Below, piece after piece: positions 1 through 10,841 of a stretch of DNA of 64,000 nucleotides. Under the pieces are notes generated by a model. The model did not search any database, was not told where the DNA came from, and was given only the letters and a program-made list of their open reading frames with translations. Origin of the DNA: Malacoraja senta (Eukaryota); assembly GCA_038087875.1 (NCBI GenBank), contig CM075990.1, positions 8,806,001 to 8,870,000 on the forward strand, in the 5' to 3' direction. Each line of letters opens with the position of its first letter. Within the stretch, counting starts at the first letter, position 1. The position numbers were made by a program, and so were the translations under genes.

Positions 1-1097
1 CAAAAGATCATTATAATAACCCAGTAGATGTATTGGACGAGGCAATGCAGATAAAAGCGGAATCAGCAAACTTAATATCTTATTTGTATAATATTATCTT
101 AAATGTACAAATACCACCTACGGAGGGTATCAGAAGAGACTGGGAACAAGAGTTAGCTATTAAAATTTCAAAGGAAAGTTGGAATGAATACTTATTAAAC
201 GTGCATAAATGCTCGATTAATGTAAGACACACTTTAATACAATTTAAAATTTTACATAGATTATATTATTCGAAAACTAAAATTCATAAAATTTTCCCAA
301 ATGTATCATCTATTTGTGATAAATGTCAATCCCAAGAAGCTACTATAGCGCACTCATTCGTTTTCTGTACTAAAATTCAAAAATTTTGGAATGAAATTTT
401 TGAAATCTTTACAAAGTTATTTAAAACAAGACTGATACCCAAAGCAGAATGGATTATCTTCGGTATAACGGAAGATGGTCCAGAACTAAATGTGTTTCAA
501 AAGAAACTAATGGACTATGGGTTAATAATAGGAAAAAAGCTAATTCTAAAATTTTGGAAGAAGGCTCCAATACCAACTATAAATATGTGGATTTCAAATA
601 TGTTTGAAACATTACACCTAGAAGAGATAAGACTCCTCCTAGCAGGTAAACCAGATCACTTCCACCTGATGTGGTCTGCATTTATAGAATTATTACAAAC
701 ATAGGGTGCAAAAGTACTTAAAAAAAAAAAAAAAAAAATTCAGGTCAGGGGGGATGATAGTTGAAGAGTTCGTATGTCCCATTTACGTAATGCTCATAAA
801 AATATTTGTTTCTCTATTTTTCCTCTTTCTCTCTCTCTTTCTTTCCTAGGGTCTATTTCTTAACTCTTTTTCTTTTGTTTTTAATTTTGCTCTTATAGGG
901 TCTTCGTCCTTTTTTGTTGTCACATTTCCTACACTTTCACTTTTTCCTTCACTTTCTTCTTTCTTTCAATCTTTTCCTTTTCTAGTGTAAAAAATAAATG
1001 GAGTACATTAATTGTAAGAAGATATAAATGACGAGTACTAATGTATGTGGTTGTAATGTAATGTACTTCTAATAAATAAAATAAAAATAAAAAAAAG
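1..1097 (+). mobile_element. L1-clade LINE, 3' end (ORF2 C-terminus, T-rich 3'UTR, poly(A) tail); runs off the left edge
   Basis: ORF 33..704 with CDKC...HSFVFC cysteine/histidine motif typical of the LINE ORF2 C-terminus; AATAAA and A-rich tail at ~1070-1097; same family as 32925-34256. Confidence 0.9.
33..704 (+). CDS. L1-like ORF2 C-terminal region (zinc-binding domain); frame is open to the window edge
   Basis: QFKILHRLYYS...CDKC...HSFVFCTKIQKFW...WKK motif series of fish-type L1 ORF2. Confidence 0.75.
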   Translation: MDEAMQIKAESANLISYLYNIILNVQIPPTEGIRRDWEQELAIKISKESWNEYLLNVHKCSINVRHTLIQFKILHRLYYSKTKIHKIFPNVSSICDKCQSQEATIAHSFVFCTKIQKFWNEIFEIFTKLFKTRLIPKAEWIIFGITEDGPELNVFQKKLMDYGLIIGKKLILKFWKKAPIPTINMWISNMFETLHLEEIRLLLAGKPDHFHLMWSAFIELLQT

Positions 1098-1592
1098 AAG
1101 TTTGATCTTTATTTTATGAGGAGTTACGATGAGCGATTACGTGCCCTCTGCTCCCAACCCTCGTATCATAAAGATCATCTTGCAGTTCTAGTCATCTCTA
1201 ATCTTACTATGTTGGTTCAACAACCGTTATCTGTGATTTCACACCGCTGCTTTGAAGATTGGCGCGCATGCGGGCTGACGGCCTTCTATTCACGTAATCG
1301 CTCATAAAATAAAGATCAAACTTCAAACTGGTAAGTTCTCATTTAATCTTACTATTCTATTTTTCCCTATATCACTGTTTATATCTCCTGTTTCCATTTC
1401 CCCAGTCTGAAGAAGGGTCTTGATCCAAAATGTCACCTATTCCTTTTCTCCAGAGATGCTGTTTGACCCGCTGAGTTACTCCAGCTTTTTGTGTCTATCT
1501 GCAGAACATCTCCAGCTGCCTCAGCAAGGCCAGCAGCATAATTAAGGATCAGTCTCACCCTGGTCAGTCACTCTTTTCCGCTCTCCCACAAG

Positions 1593-1637
1593 ACACAGAG
1601 AGAGAGACAGAGAGAGAGAGAGAGACAGACACAGACA

Positions 1638-1680
<43 letters not shown>

Positions 1681-1810
1681 GAGAGAGAGATAGAGAGAGA
1701 GAGACAAAAAGAGAGACAAAAAGAGAGACAGACAGAGAGAGACAGAGAGAGAGAAAGACAGAAAAAAAAACAGTGAGGTAGAGACAGAGACAAAAAGGGA
1801 AAGAGAGAGA
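1593..1810. repeat. (GA)n/(GACA)n microsatellite
   Basis: Direct sequence. Confidence 0.95.
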
Positions 1811-3195
1811 GGCTGTGCTTTTTCAGCTCTGCAGTTGAGAAGGTTTGAAGCAGACTTTCAAGGATTTTGTCGATGGAGAAGGAACAGAGGCAGAGGGGCT
1901 TCATAGTTTAACTTATCGTTGGACTGTTGAAACTTTCCTCTGCTCTAGGAATCCTCCACGAGTGTGAAAATTCCTGAGTTTTCTCTCCATTGTCGAGGGT
2001 GCAGTTGTCGTTGGCGGGGTGCCAAGAGTGCCTGGAGATCGAGGGTACGAAGATTGTGGTGTTTTTGTCGTTTTTTTAGCACCGATTCTCTGCCCTAAAG
2101 TCATTTTGCACAGGCGGCTGCCTGGCTTAATGTGAAGATGGTACTTTTGCTTCCGGCAAGACTGGGATAGAGCTTCCCAAAAGCTGCTCTCGGCTGTGGA
2201 CGTACTTGGGGACTTTCCTGCTTCAGCTGGAGGCTTCTGATTTCTGCTACTTGTCTTTGACTGTCACTGTCTCTAGGACTTAACTTGGAGCTGAGCTGCT
2301 GGGCTGCCTGGAGCTGGTTTGTGCCTCTGTCAGGATGGCGATGGCTGGGGCGCGGCCGAAGAACTGGAGCTACGCAGGGGTGGCATCAGCGGCGGATGCG
2401 AGGCCATATGAGTGTGAGCCTTATGTTGACTTGGATTGGGGGGGTTTTGGTAGCTCGGTCCAAACTGGGCCCCAGATGTCCAGGGGAGCAATTACAAAGG
2501 CCATGAATGACCTTCTTGGGGGGAGGGCTATTGTCTCTTCCGAGCTCGAAAGAGGAAAGGTGGAGATGATACTAAAGACCCGGGAGGATGTGGCCATAGC
2601 GTTGGAGAAGGGGATCTCAGTGGGGGGGGGGTCCACATACAGGTGGATCCGTGGGTATCTAGGGTGAGACCGATTCTCCTGCGGAGTTGCCCCACATATA
2701 TTTCGGATGCAACACTTATTCCACACCTGTCTAATTTGGGGAGGTGCGGTCTAAGTGCTTTAGGCTCATGCACCCCGGGGGGGGACCCGGAGGAAAGAGG
2801 GATCTTCAGTTTCAAGAGGAGGGTGTTCTTGAAGGTGGGTGAGGGCGAAGGTGCGGAGGGGAGCTTCGAGGTGGAGTGTAAGGGTCTCCCTAGAACCGTG
2901 CATTGGAGTTGGGGAAAGGCACGGTGTCATGCGTGCGGTGAATTTGGACATCTCCGTAGGGAGTGTCTTCTTCACGGGGTCGCTGCTAGAAGTTCTAGTG
3001 CAGCGGCCCAGGAATGCACTCCTGGCCCATCCGGGGTGGCTCATCATGCCTCGGTGGCACGGGGTGGTACTGCTGACCTGGCTAGGGCTGCTAGCTCAGC
3101 CTCGGTGATCCGGGGCGGCAGTGATAGCCCATCTGGGTCTGCAAGTTCCGCCTTGTGAACCCGGGGCAGAGATGGCCCCCGCCCCCTACGTCCTG
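1811..3195 (+). mobile_element. Tx1-clade LINE 5' fragment (5'UTR + partial ORF1), truncated at the duplication junction
   Basis: ORF1 start MAMAGARPKNWSYA at 2335; zinc knuckle CHACGEFGHLRREC; matches copy 2. Confidence 0.85.
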
Positions 3196-4490
3196 CTGAA
3201 TTTCGGGGCGAAGTCCGGACGGGCCGCGGGGAATCCGGTTATGGACCATGGGGAATCGCGGTCCGCACCGCGGAAGAGCGGGTAGCCGGCGGACGTCGGG
3301 TTCGCTACCTAAGTCACTGACAATGGGGTCAGCGGCTCCAAGGCTCCAAGGTCAGCGGCTCCTATGGTTCCCCACAACGGGGGTAAATCCAGCAGTAAGC
3401 CGGTCCCGCAACCCGAGTCGCTGACAGTGCGGTCAGCGGCTCCCAGACCGCTATGGTGCCCCAGAAATGGGTCAAACCACAAGTAAGTCGGTCAGGCCTT
3501 CGGACTCGAGCGAGTCGGGCCAGGAGGGTTCCCCTCCTTCAATGGGTGCGTCTACGGATGCCTAAACCCACATGCAGCACCTGATGGAGAGGTTGCTCCA
3601 CAATAATCCTCCAAAGGAGGGAGTTATCAGCACGGGTCTCCTCGGGGGCCCGCGGCAGCGGCAGCGGCACCTGTTTCAGGGCTGCACAATGTCTCCCTCT
3701 CTGAGGAGGGGAGCATTCAGGGTCAGTTTCAGCTCAGAGCAAAAATCCTGATATAGGTCTGTAGGAGGGGCCATGTCAGCGCAGGTATCCTCAGTGGCCT
3801 GCAGCAGCACCTGTTTTCAGGGCTGCCTATGAATCCCCTTCTCTGTGGAGGGGAGTGCTAGGAAATACTCGCTAGTGAAGGGGTTACTGCCGGAAGAATT
3901 GGTTCCAGCCGTTGGCAGAAAACCCGGAAGGGGCCAGAGTTCCCCTCACGCTACAAGTGCCGGCAGTCAACAGCGCTATCAGGGTTGACATTGGAAGGAA
4001 ATGAAACCAGACGCCGAATCTTCTCTTCAGGTAAGACTTATCCAACAGGTATACCTGGATGAGGAAGCAAAGCTGTCGGACTGATCAAGGTACCGACGAC
4101 GAACAAAGCTTCATCGTATCGGCGACGACACACCCCACGCCTCATCGGCAGTAAGCAGTTCACTGAAGCTGGTGGCAGCTTGAAAGCTGGGCAGAGGTCT
4201 TTCAGGCCTAGGTCCAAGCCGGTCTCAGGAAATATGGAATCCACATACACTACCATTCCTACTCTCCAATCAAGGACGAGAATAGAACCCACATCAGGGG
4301 CCTTTGGGCTTACCATAAGACCACCGGTAACCATGGAGGTAGGTGGGTCTGGTTCTTCCGAAACATGGGGTAAGTGGACCATTTACAAGTTGGGAATATT
4401 TACACTTGGTTTGTACAAATGAGAATGATAACATGTGATTGCATTATTATTGCACAGTATACAAGGGTACCAAGTATGGTTTGGAATTGG

Positions 4491-4776
4491 GGCCAGAGTT
4501 GTCTTTCGAGGCAGGCTGAGTATTACAGCCAGGATTGCCCTCAGAGACAAGCTCAGAAATATGGCCAGAGTTGTCTTTCGAGGCAGGCTCAGTATTATGG
4601 CCAGGATTACCTTTCGAGACAGGCTCGGAATTAAGGCCAGAGTTGTCTTTCGAGGCAGGCTCAGAATTGGCCAGAGTTGTCTTTCAAGACAGGCTCAGTA
4701 TTATGGCCAGGATTACCTTTCGAGACAGGCTCGGGTATCTGGCCAGAGTTGCCGTTCGAGGCAGGCACGGCATTAT
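4491..4776 (+). repeat. Minisatellite, eight units of ~34-36 bp (GGCCAGAGTTGTCTTTCGAGGCAGGCTCAGTATTAT and variants)
   Basis: Direct head-to-tail units, no spacers. Confidence 0.9.
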
Positions 4777-5441
4777 GGCAGGCGTGGCCTGTTCATTGTG
4801 AAAGATGGAGGATGTCGGTTCATAATTGATTTAACTAGCTTGTGCAACATAGACTTTTCAGTATATGGAACTTCGTGACTAAGATGCATACTATTCAGGT
4901 CCCATTCACAGGGATCACCGGAGACATTTGAAATGTATCTGGATGGGGCAATGATAACAGTTAATGCGTTGCAAATGGGCAAACTTCAGCTCCTAGGTCA
5001 TCTATCAAATTACTAAACCAGTGCTTGGACTGCTCAGAGCTCTAAAACACTTGTTATGGCTTAGCTGGATGATATTCTAAACACTGTGTTTTGCTAAAAT
5101 CAACTGTTTCAGCCGCAACTATATTTGAGAAATTGAGGTCCCTCATCCATCCAACTAGAGTTATTGATTATTCAGATTTACCTTTAACTATTAATTTATC
5201 TGTGACTCCGCCCTGGGGCAAGAGATTGGAATCAATAGAAGCCTGTAACTACCTTGTTATCAAGCAGTCTTCTAACCATCAAGTGTAATTGGCAATATAG
5301 CAGCTGTGTTTCAGCTGTGTAATTGGGCCTTTGCATTATCAGAACTTACAACGTGCAAAGTAGTAACCTCTCAAGTGCCATATAGGTCATTGTTAACATA
5401 CCTATGCTATTACCAGCTGAAGCTACCTAAGTCACAATGGT

Positions 5442-5577
5442 GGCCAGAGTTGTCTTTCGAGGCAGGCTCAGTATTATGGCCAGGATTACCTTTCGAGACA
5501 GGCTCGGAATTAAGGCCAGAGTTGTTTTTCGTGGCAGGCTCAGAATTGGCCAGAGTTGTCTTTCAAGACAGGCTCAG
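5442..5577 (+). repeat. Second block of the same ~36-bp minisatellite (four units)
   Basis: Matches units 3-6 of the 4491 array, including the 34-bp short unit. Confidence 0.9.
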
Positions 5578-6095
5578 CATTGCTCCAGTAGTTTTGGTCA
5601 ATTAATCTTCAGTATATTAGAAACTGATGCTAGTGCTCAAAGATGGTAAATTACGAATGCCATCTCTAGTCACGGAGGCGGATGGGATTTGAATGAATTA
5701 CCAATTCTTCAGTTATTGGTATCAACTACCTATAGACACTAGGTGCATACTATGGGTTAAAGGGTTATTGTGCGAATATGCATAAACTGCATGCTCAGTT
5801 CCAAATTGATACACTGTGGTGGTGGCATATATTAGTCACATGGGTGCAATCAAGTCAAAGTATCCTGTCATATTATAGTTTTCCCCGGAAGAGAGGGGTT
5901 ACTATTATTATTATTTGTTCATTTATCAGCATCAGCATGTTTTAAATCTATGTCATGTCTGTATGCATTATGAATGTTTCCCTTATCTGTGGTCAACTGA
6001 TGCAGTCGTGCTTGTGTGGACTCGTTTTTCCATGGCATGAAATCACAGAGCTTTAAAATCTTCAAGTAGTCACTCACGTGACTTCGAAGTAAAAT

Positions 6096-6373
6096 AGATT
6101 AAACGAGAACTTACCAGTTTGAAGTTTGATCTTTATTTTATGAGGAGTTACGATGAGCGATTACGTGCCCTCTGCTCCCAACCCTCGTATCATAAAGATC
6201 ATCTTGCAGTTCTAGTCATCTCTAATCTTACTATGTTAGTTCAACAACCGTTATCTGTGATTTCACACCGCTGCTTTGAAGATTGACGCGCATGCGGGCT
6301 GACGGCGTTCTATTCACATAATCGCTCATAAAATAAAGATCAAACTTCAAACTGGTAAGTTCTCGTTTAATCT
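6096..6373. repeat. 49-bp inverted repeat (6096-6144 / 6325-6373): DIRS ICR/terminal repeat structure
   Basis: AGATTAAACGAGAACTTACCAGTTTGAAGTTTGATCTTTATTTTATGAG and its reverse complement; a second short IR (ATGAGCGATTA) is nested inside. Confidence 0.85.
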
Positions 6374-6615
6374 TACTATTCTATTTTTCCCTATATCTCT
6401 GTTTATATCTCCTGTTTCCATTTCCCCAGTCTGAAGAAGGGTCTTGATCCAAAATGTCACCTATTCCTTTTCTCCAGAGATGATGTTTGACCCGCTGAGT
6501 TACTCCAGCTTTTTGTGTCTATCTGCAGAACATCTCCAGCTGCCTCAGCAAGGCCAGCAGCATAATTAAGGATCAGTCTCACCCTGGTCAGTCCCTCTTT
6601 TCCTCTCTCCCACTA

Positions 6616-6690
6616 GACACAGAGAGAGGGACAGAGAGAGAGAGAGAGAGACAGACACAGACAAGGAGAGAGAGAGAGAGAGAGAGAATT

Positions 6691-6722
<32 letters not shown>

Positions 6723-6820
6723 CAAAAAGAGAGACAGACAGAGAGAGACAGAGAGAGAGACAGACAGACAGAGAAAAAAACAGTGAGGTAGAGACAGAGA
6801 CAAAAAGGGAAAGAGAGAGA
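6616..6820. repeat. (GA)n/(GACA)n microsatellite (duplicate of 1593-1810)
   Basis: Direct sequence. Confidence 0.95.
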
Positions 6821-7516
6821 GGCTGTGCTTTTTCAGCTCTGCAGTTGAGAAGGTTTGAAGCAGACTTTCAAGGATTTTGTCGATGGAGAAGGAACAGAGG
6901 CAGAGGGGCTTCATAGTTTAACTTATCGTTGGACTGTTGAAACTTTCCTCTGCTCTAGGAATCCTCCACGTGTGAAAATTCCTGAGTTTTCTCTCCATTG
7001 TCGATGGTGCGGTTGTCGTTGGCGGGGTGCCAAGAGTGTCTGGAGATCGAGGGTACGAAGATTGTGGTGTTTTTGTCGTTTTTTTAGCACCGATTCTCTG
7101 CCCTAAAGTCATTTTGCACAGGCGGCTGCCTGGCTTAATGTGAAGATGGTACTTTTGCTTCCGGCAAGACTGGGATAGAGCTTCCCAAAAGCTGCTCTCG
7201 GCTGTGGACGTACTTGGGGACTTTCCTCCTTCAGCTGGAGGCTTCTGATTTCTGCTACTTGTCTTTGACTGTCACTGTCTCTGGGACTTAACTTGGAGCT
7301 GAGCTGCTGGGCTGCCTGGAGCTGGTTTGTGCCTCTGTCAGGATGGCGATGGCTGGGGCGCGGCCGAAGAACCGGAGCTACGCAGGTGTGGCATCAGCAG
7401 CGGATGCGAGGCCATATGAGTATGAGCCTTATGTTGACTTGGATTGGGAGGGTTTTGGTAGCTCGGTCCAAACTGGGCCCCAGATGTCCAGGGGAGCAAT
7501 TACAAAGGCCATGAAT

Positions 7517-7725
7517 TGTAAAGACTTGTCAAACACGTAGTCTTCACTCTTAGTTTATTGCATACATTGTAGTCGTATACACACATATTGCCCTAGCTGT
7601 TCGTGGTCCATTACCGGAGCTAGAGAGCGAGCTAGGGGTGGGAAGGTTACAATTATACTGAAGATAATGGGGAGTGGTTAGTAGTGGTGAGGTCATTATG
7701 TTAAAGGAACATGCACGGCTCTACA
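7517..7725 (-). repeat. Gypsy 3' LTR (209 bp, TG...CA); polypurine tract adjacent at 7726-7736
   Basis: TGTA...TACA ends; minus-strand AAGGGGAAGGA directly upstream; minus-strand AATAAA inside the LTR. Confidence 0.95.
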
Positions 7726-7829
7726 TCCTTCCCCTTGAAAAGGGAAACATTACAATGATGACAGCGAGACCACGACTCATACGCTAGACACAAACCCGCG
7801 CGTACATCGTCAGGAAAAACTTGAACCAT

Positions 7830-10799
7830 TCAAGCAAACTCCCCGTAACGTTCAGGCGGCTTGATCAGACGCCCGGAGCGGGTACGCAGCCCGCCTTCCC
7901 CCCCTCCGAAGGAAGAGCAGGTGCCGGAGCAGGAGTGGCGATAGGGGTTCCGAGAGGAGAATGAGCAGGAGAAGGAGGACGAGGAGACCGGGGAGGAGAT
8001 AAGGGCACCGCAACGGGCACGCGAGTGGGAGAGGTCTGATGGGGGGGGGCCAGGAGGAGCAGCGGGAGAACGGGGCACCAAGGGTCGCGAGGGCAGAGTC
8101 CTGGGCATGGGAGGAGCGGTAGGCAACGAGGTGGCAACCGGGGGAGCAAAAGGGACTGCGGGAGGCGGAGCAGGCTCTTTGACCGGCAGCAAATGCTGGC
8201 GGGACCGGCGGTAGATGGTGCCCTCGTAGTCAACTAGGTAAGAGCGCGGAGAGTCTGCAAAGTCGATGACAACAGCCAAGCGGCGGTGTCCGGAGGGGGA
8301 CTGCATCCGGACGACCTGGCCCTTGAAGAGGGGCTGAAGGGGACGGCATGATTTGTCGTGGGAGCGCTTCTGGACGACCTGTTTCTGGGTAATGCGCTCC
8401 TGGACAGCAGCAGGGCTGTGGACTGCGGGCTGTAGGGATCGCTGGGAGACAGGGATAGGAGGGCGAGTGGTGCGGGACATGAGCCGTTGAGCGGGTGAGC
8501 CCATGGCAGGGTCGCGACAAATATTTCGGAGATTCAGTAGAGCGAGATAAAAATCAGAATGCGAAAGTCTACAATGTTCCAGCAGCTCCTTGGCACTGCG
8601 GACGGCGCGCTCAGCAAGGCCGTTGCTCTGCGGGTATTCAGGGCTGCTGGTGATGTGGCGAAAGTTGTAGGCGGCGGCGAAGGCGCGGAACTCAGCACTC
8701 GTGAACTGGCCCCCGTTGTCAGACTGCACAGTCACAGGAATGCCAACGGTCGCAAAGAGGCGTTGAAGCTTTCCAATGACCGCAGCAGAAGTGAGGGAGT
8801 GCAGATGCTCAATCTCGAACCAGCTGGAGTAGGAGTCGACAAGGACCAGGAAATGTTTGCCACGCCACTCAAATATGTCCGTAGCGACCGCCATCCACGC
8901 CAGGGCGGGAGCAGGCTGTTGCAGGAGTGGCTGGCGTTGCTGGTGTGGAGAGAGGGTATTGCAGGTTGAGCAGGCAGAGACCCTCTCCCGGATGTCCTGT
9001 GCCATGCCGGGCCAATAAAACTGGCTCTGGGCCTGGGACAGGGTGGCATCGGCACCGGGATGGCCGCTGTGGGCGGTTTGGAAATAGTGGTCCCGCAGCG
9101 CAGCAGGCACCACAACCTTGTGGCCCTTCACCACCACGCCGTCCTGCAGCACAAGTTCATCCCGGACGAGGAAGTAGGGCGCAGCACCAGCCGGCAAGGG
9201 TGAGCGACGGTCAGGCCAGCCACGACGGATGACGTCTATAAGCTGTTGCAGGGCAGGATCATTAGCAGTGTGGTGAATCAGGGACTGCATCTGCTGGGAA
9301 GGCACGAAGTTGACGTTTAGCACCATCAGGTCGGATGACTCGTACGGGTGGCGGGCAGTAGAAGCCAGCGGTGCGCGGGACAGCGTGTCGGCCACAAACA
9401 TGTCCTTGCCCTTTCGGTACACGATTTGAAACGTGAAGCGCTGGAGCTGCAGCATCATGCGCTGCAAACGGGAAGAGGCAACGTGTATCGGATTGTTCAA
9501 GATCGTGACCAGCGGCTGGTGGTCGGTCTCAATAGTGAAGGTGTTACCCAGAATGTAGTCCTTGAACTTCGAGCTGGCAAACACCACGGCAAGGAGCTCC
9601 TTCTCGATCTGAGCGTAGCGTTGCTCGGTAGGAGTCATAGTGCGGGAAGCGTAGGAGACAGGTAGTTGCAGGCGGTCGTGGATTTGCAGGCAGGCGGCAC
9701 CGAGACCGAAACTTGAGGCATCGCAGGTGAGGACGATGGGGCGCTTTAAGTCGAAGAACTTGAGAGTGGGGGTGCGAACCAGCCGGGATTTCAAGTCATC
9801 GAAGGCTGCCTGATGCAGCGGGTACCAAACCCAGGCAGTGTCCTTCTTGGTCAGTTCCCTCAGGGGCGCAGTCAGCTCGCTGAAGTCGGGAATGAATTTC
9901 CCCAGGTAGTTCACCATGCCCAAGAAGCGCTGCAGGCTGGGCACGTTGACCGGAGCTGGCATCCCAGAGACCGCAGCTGTCTTCTGCGGGTCTGGTTTCA
10001 GACCCTCAGCCGTAAAAACGTGGCCCACGTAGGTGACCTCCGGGACGCGGAAGCGGCACTTCTTGGGGTTCAGTTTGAGGTTGATCTCCCGAGCCCGATC
10101 CAGGACTTGGCGGAGGTGGAGGTCGTGCTCAGCGACGTCCCTCCCGTACACCAAGATGTCATCGACGATGATAGCACACGGCAGACCTGCAAATAGCTGT
10201 TCCATGGTGCGCTGGAAAACCTCGCTGGCAGAATTGATCCCGAAAGGCATGCGGAGGAAACGGAACCTGCCGAAAGGTGTACCGAAAGTGGTCAAGAAAG
10301 ATGAACGTTCATCCAGCGGAATCTGCCAGAAAGAGCTCTTGGCATCGAGGACAGAGAATACGGTGGCTGGGCCAACCTTTGCAGCGACATCCTCCACCGT
10401 TCGCATGGGGTAGTGCGGGCGCTTGATGGCAAGGTTTAGGTCCTTGGGGTTGATACAGATCCGAATCTCACTCTTGTCCTTCTTAGCAGCAACGACCATG
10501 GTGGAGACCCACCGGGTGGCATCACTCACCTCCTTGATGATGCCCATGGCCACCATCTGGCGCAGAGTCGACTCCACCCTGTCCTTCATAGCAAAGGAGA
10601 CGCGGTGAGCCGGGCGGACTACCGGGTGGACCTCCGGGTCCACCTCGATTTCGTACTTGCAGAGTAGTTTGCAATGCATCGTCAAAACGGTCGGGGTATT
10701 CGCACATGGGATCCATGGGGCCCTGCACCAGGTGGATATCGCGGTGGAAGGAAACCAAAGCGAGGTCCTGGCACGCACTGGCGCCCAACAGAGTAACAT
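7830..10799 (-). CDS. pol: Gypsy pol: reverse transcriptase, RNase H, integrase (true homology starts ~10670, after a frameshift)
   Basis: LDAKSSFWQI, RMPFG, IVDDILV (RT); CDAS, YAQIEKELLA, TDHQPL, ADTLSR (RNase H); HSGHPG...CSTC, SDNG, SNGLAER (integrase). Confidence 0.93.
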   Translation of the reverse strand: MLLCWAPVRARTSLWFPSTAISTWCRAPWIPCANTPTVLTMHCKLLCKYEIEVDPEVHPVVRPAHRVSFAMKDRVESTLRQMVAMGIIKEVSDATRWVSTMVVAAKKDKSEIRICINPKDLNLAIKRPHYPMRTVEDVAAKVGPATVFSVLDAKSSFWQIPLDERSSFLTTFGTPFGRFRFLRMPFGINSASEVFQRTMEQLFAGLPCAIIVDDILVYGRDVAEHDLHLRQVLDRAREINLKLNPKKCRFRVPEVTYVGHVFTAEGLKPDPQKTAAVSGMPAPVNVPSLQRFLGMVNYLGKFIPDFSELTAPLRELTKKDTAWVWYPLHQAAFDDLKSRLVRTPTLKFFDLKRPIVLTCDASSFGLGAACLQIHDRLQLPVSYASRTMTPTEQRYAQIEKELLAVVFASSKFKDYILGNTFTIETDHQPLVTILNNPIHVASSRLQRMMLQLQRFTFQIVYRKGKDMFVADTLSRAPLASTARHPYESSDLMVLNVNFVPSQQMQSLIHHTANDPALQQLIDVIRRGWPDRRSPLPAGAAPYFLVRDELVLQDGVVVKGHKVVVPAALRDHYFQTAHSGHPGADATLSQAQSQFYWPGMAQDIRERVSACSTCNTLSPHQQRQPLLQQPAPALAWMAVATDIFEWRGKHFLVLVDSYSSWFEIEHLHSLTSAAVIGKLQRLFATVGIPVTVQSDNGGQFTSAEFRAFAAAYNFRHITSSPEYPQSNGLAERAVRSAKELLEHCRLSHSDFYLALLNLRNICRDPAMGSPAQRLMSRTTRPPIPVSQRSLQPAVHSPAAVQERITQKQVVQKRSHDKSCRPLQPLFKGQVVRMQSPSGHRRLAVVIDFADSPRSYLVDYEGTIYRRSRQHLLPVKEPAPPPAVPFAPPVATSLPTAPPMPRTLPSRPLVPRSPAAPPGPPPSDLSHSRARCGALISSPVSSSSFSCSFSSRNPYRHSCSGTCSSFGGGEGGLRTRSGRLIKPPERYGEFA

Positions 10800-10841
10800 T
10801 CTCAGATTCCAGCAGGAGGAAAGAGAGGGGCCGAGAGGCCT

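Larger units (their letters stand above)
1098..3195 (+). repeat. Tandem segmental duplication, copy 1 (DIRS 3' end + Penelope/Rex fragments + (GA)n + 5' part of Tx1 LINE)
   Basis: Near-identical to 6121-7516 joined to 12255-12945 (copy 2, split by the Gypsy insertion). Confidence 0.9.
3196..6375 (+). mobile_element. Decayed, internally deleted DIRS1-like retrotransposon
   Basis: RT remnant (LVMA*LDDIL at ~5050-5080), RNase H remnants (LETDASAQRW ~5615-5650; VVAYISHMG ~5815-5845), 3' inverted-repeat/ICR structure at 6096-6373; no tyrosine recombinase seen. Confidence 0.7.

Noticed and set aside
1542..1904. Leu/Ser-rich ORF (also 6588-6914)
   Set aside because: Translation of a (TC)n microsatellite
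4491..5577. CRISPR array (36-bp repeats)
   Set aside because: Units are contiguous with no unique spacers, there are no cas genes, and the context is eukaryotic
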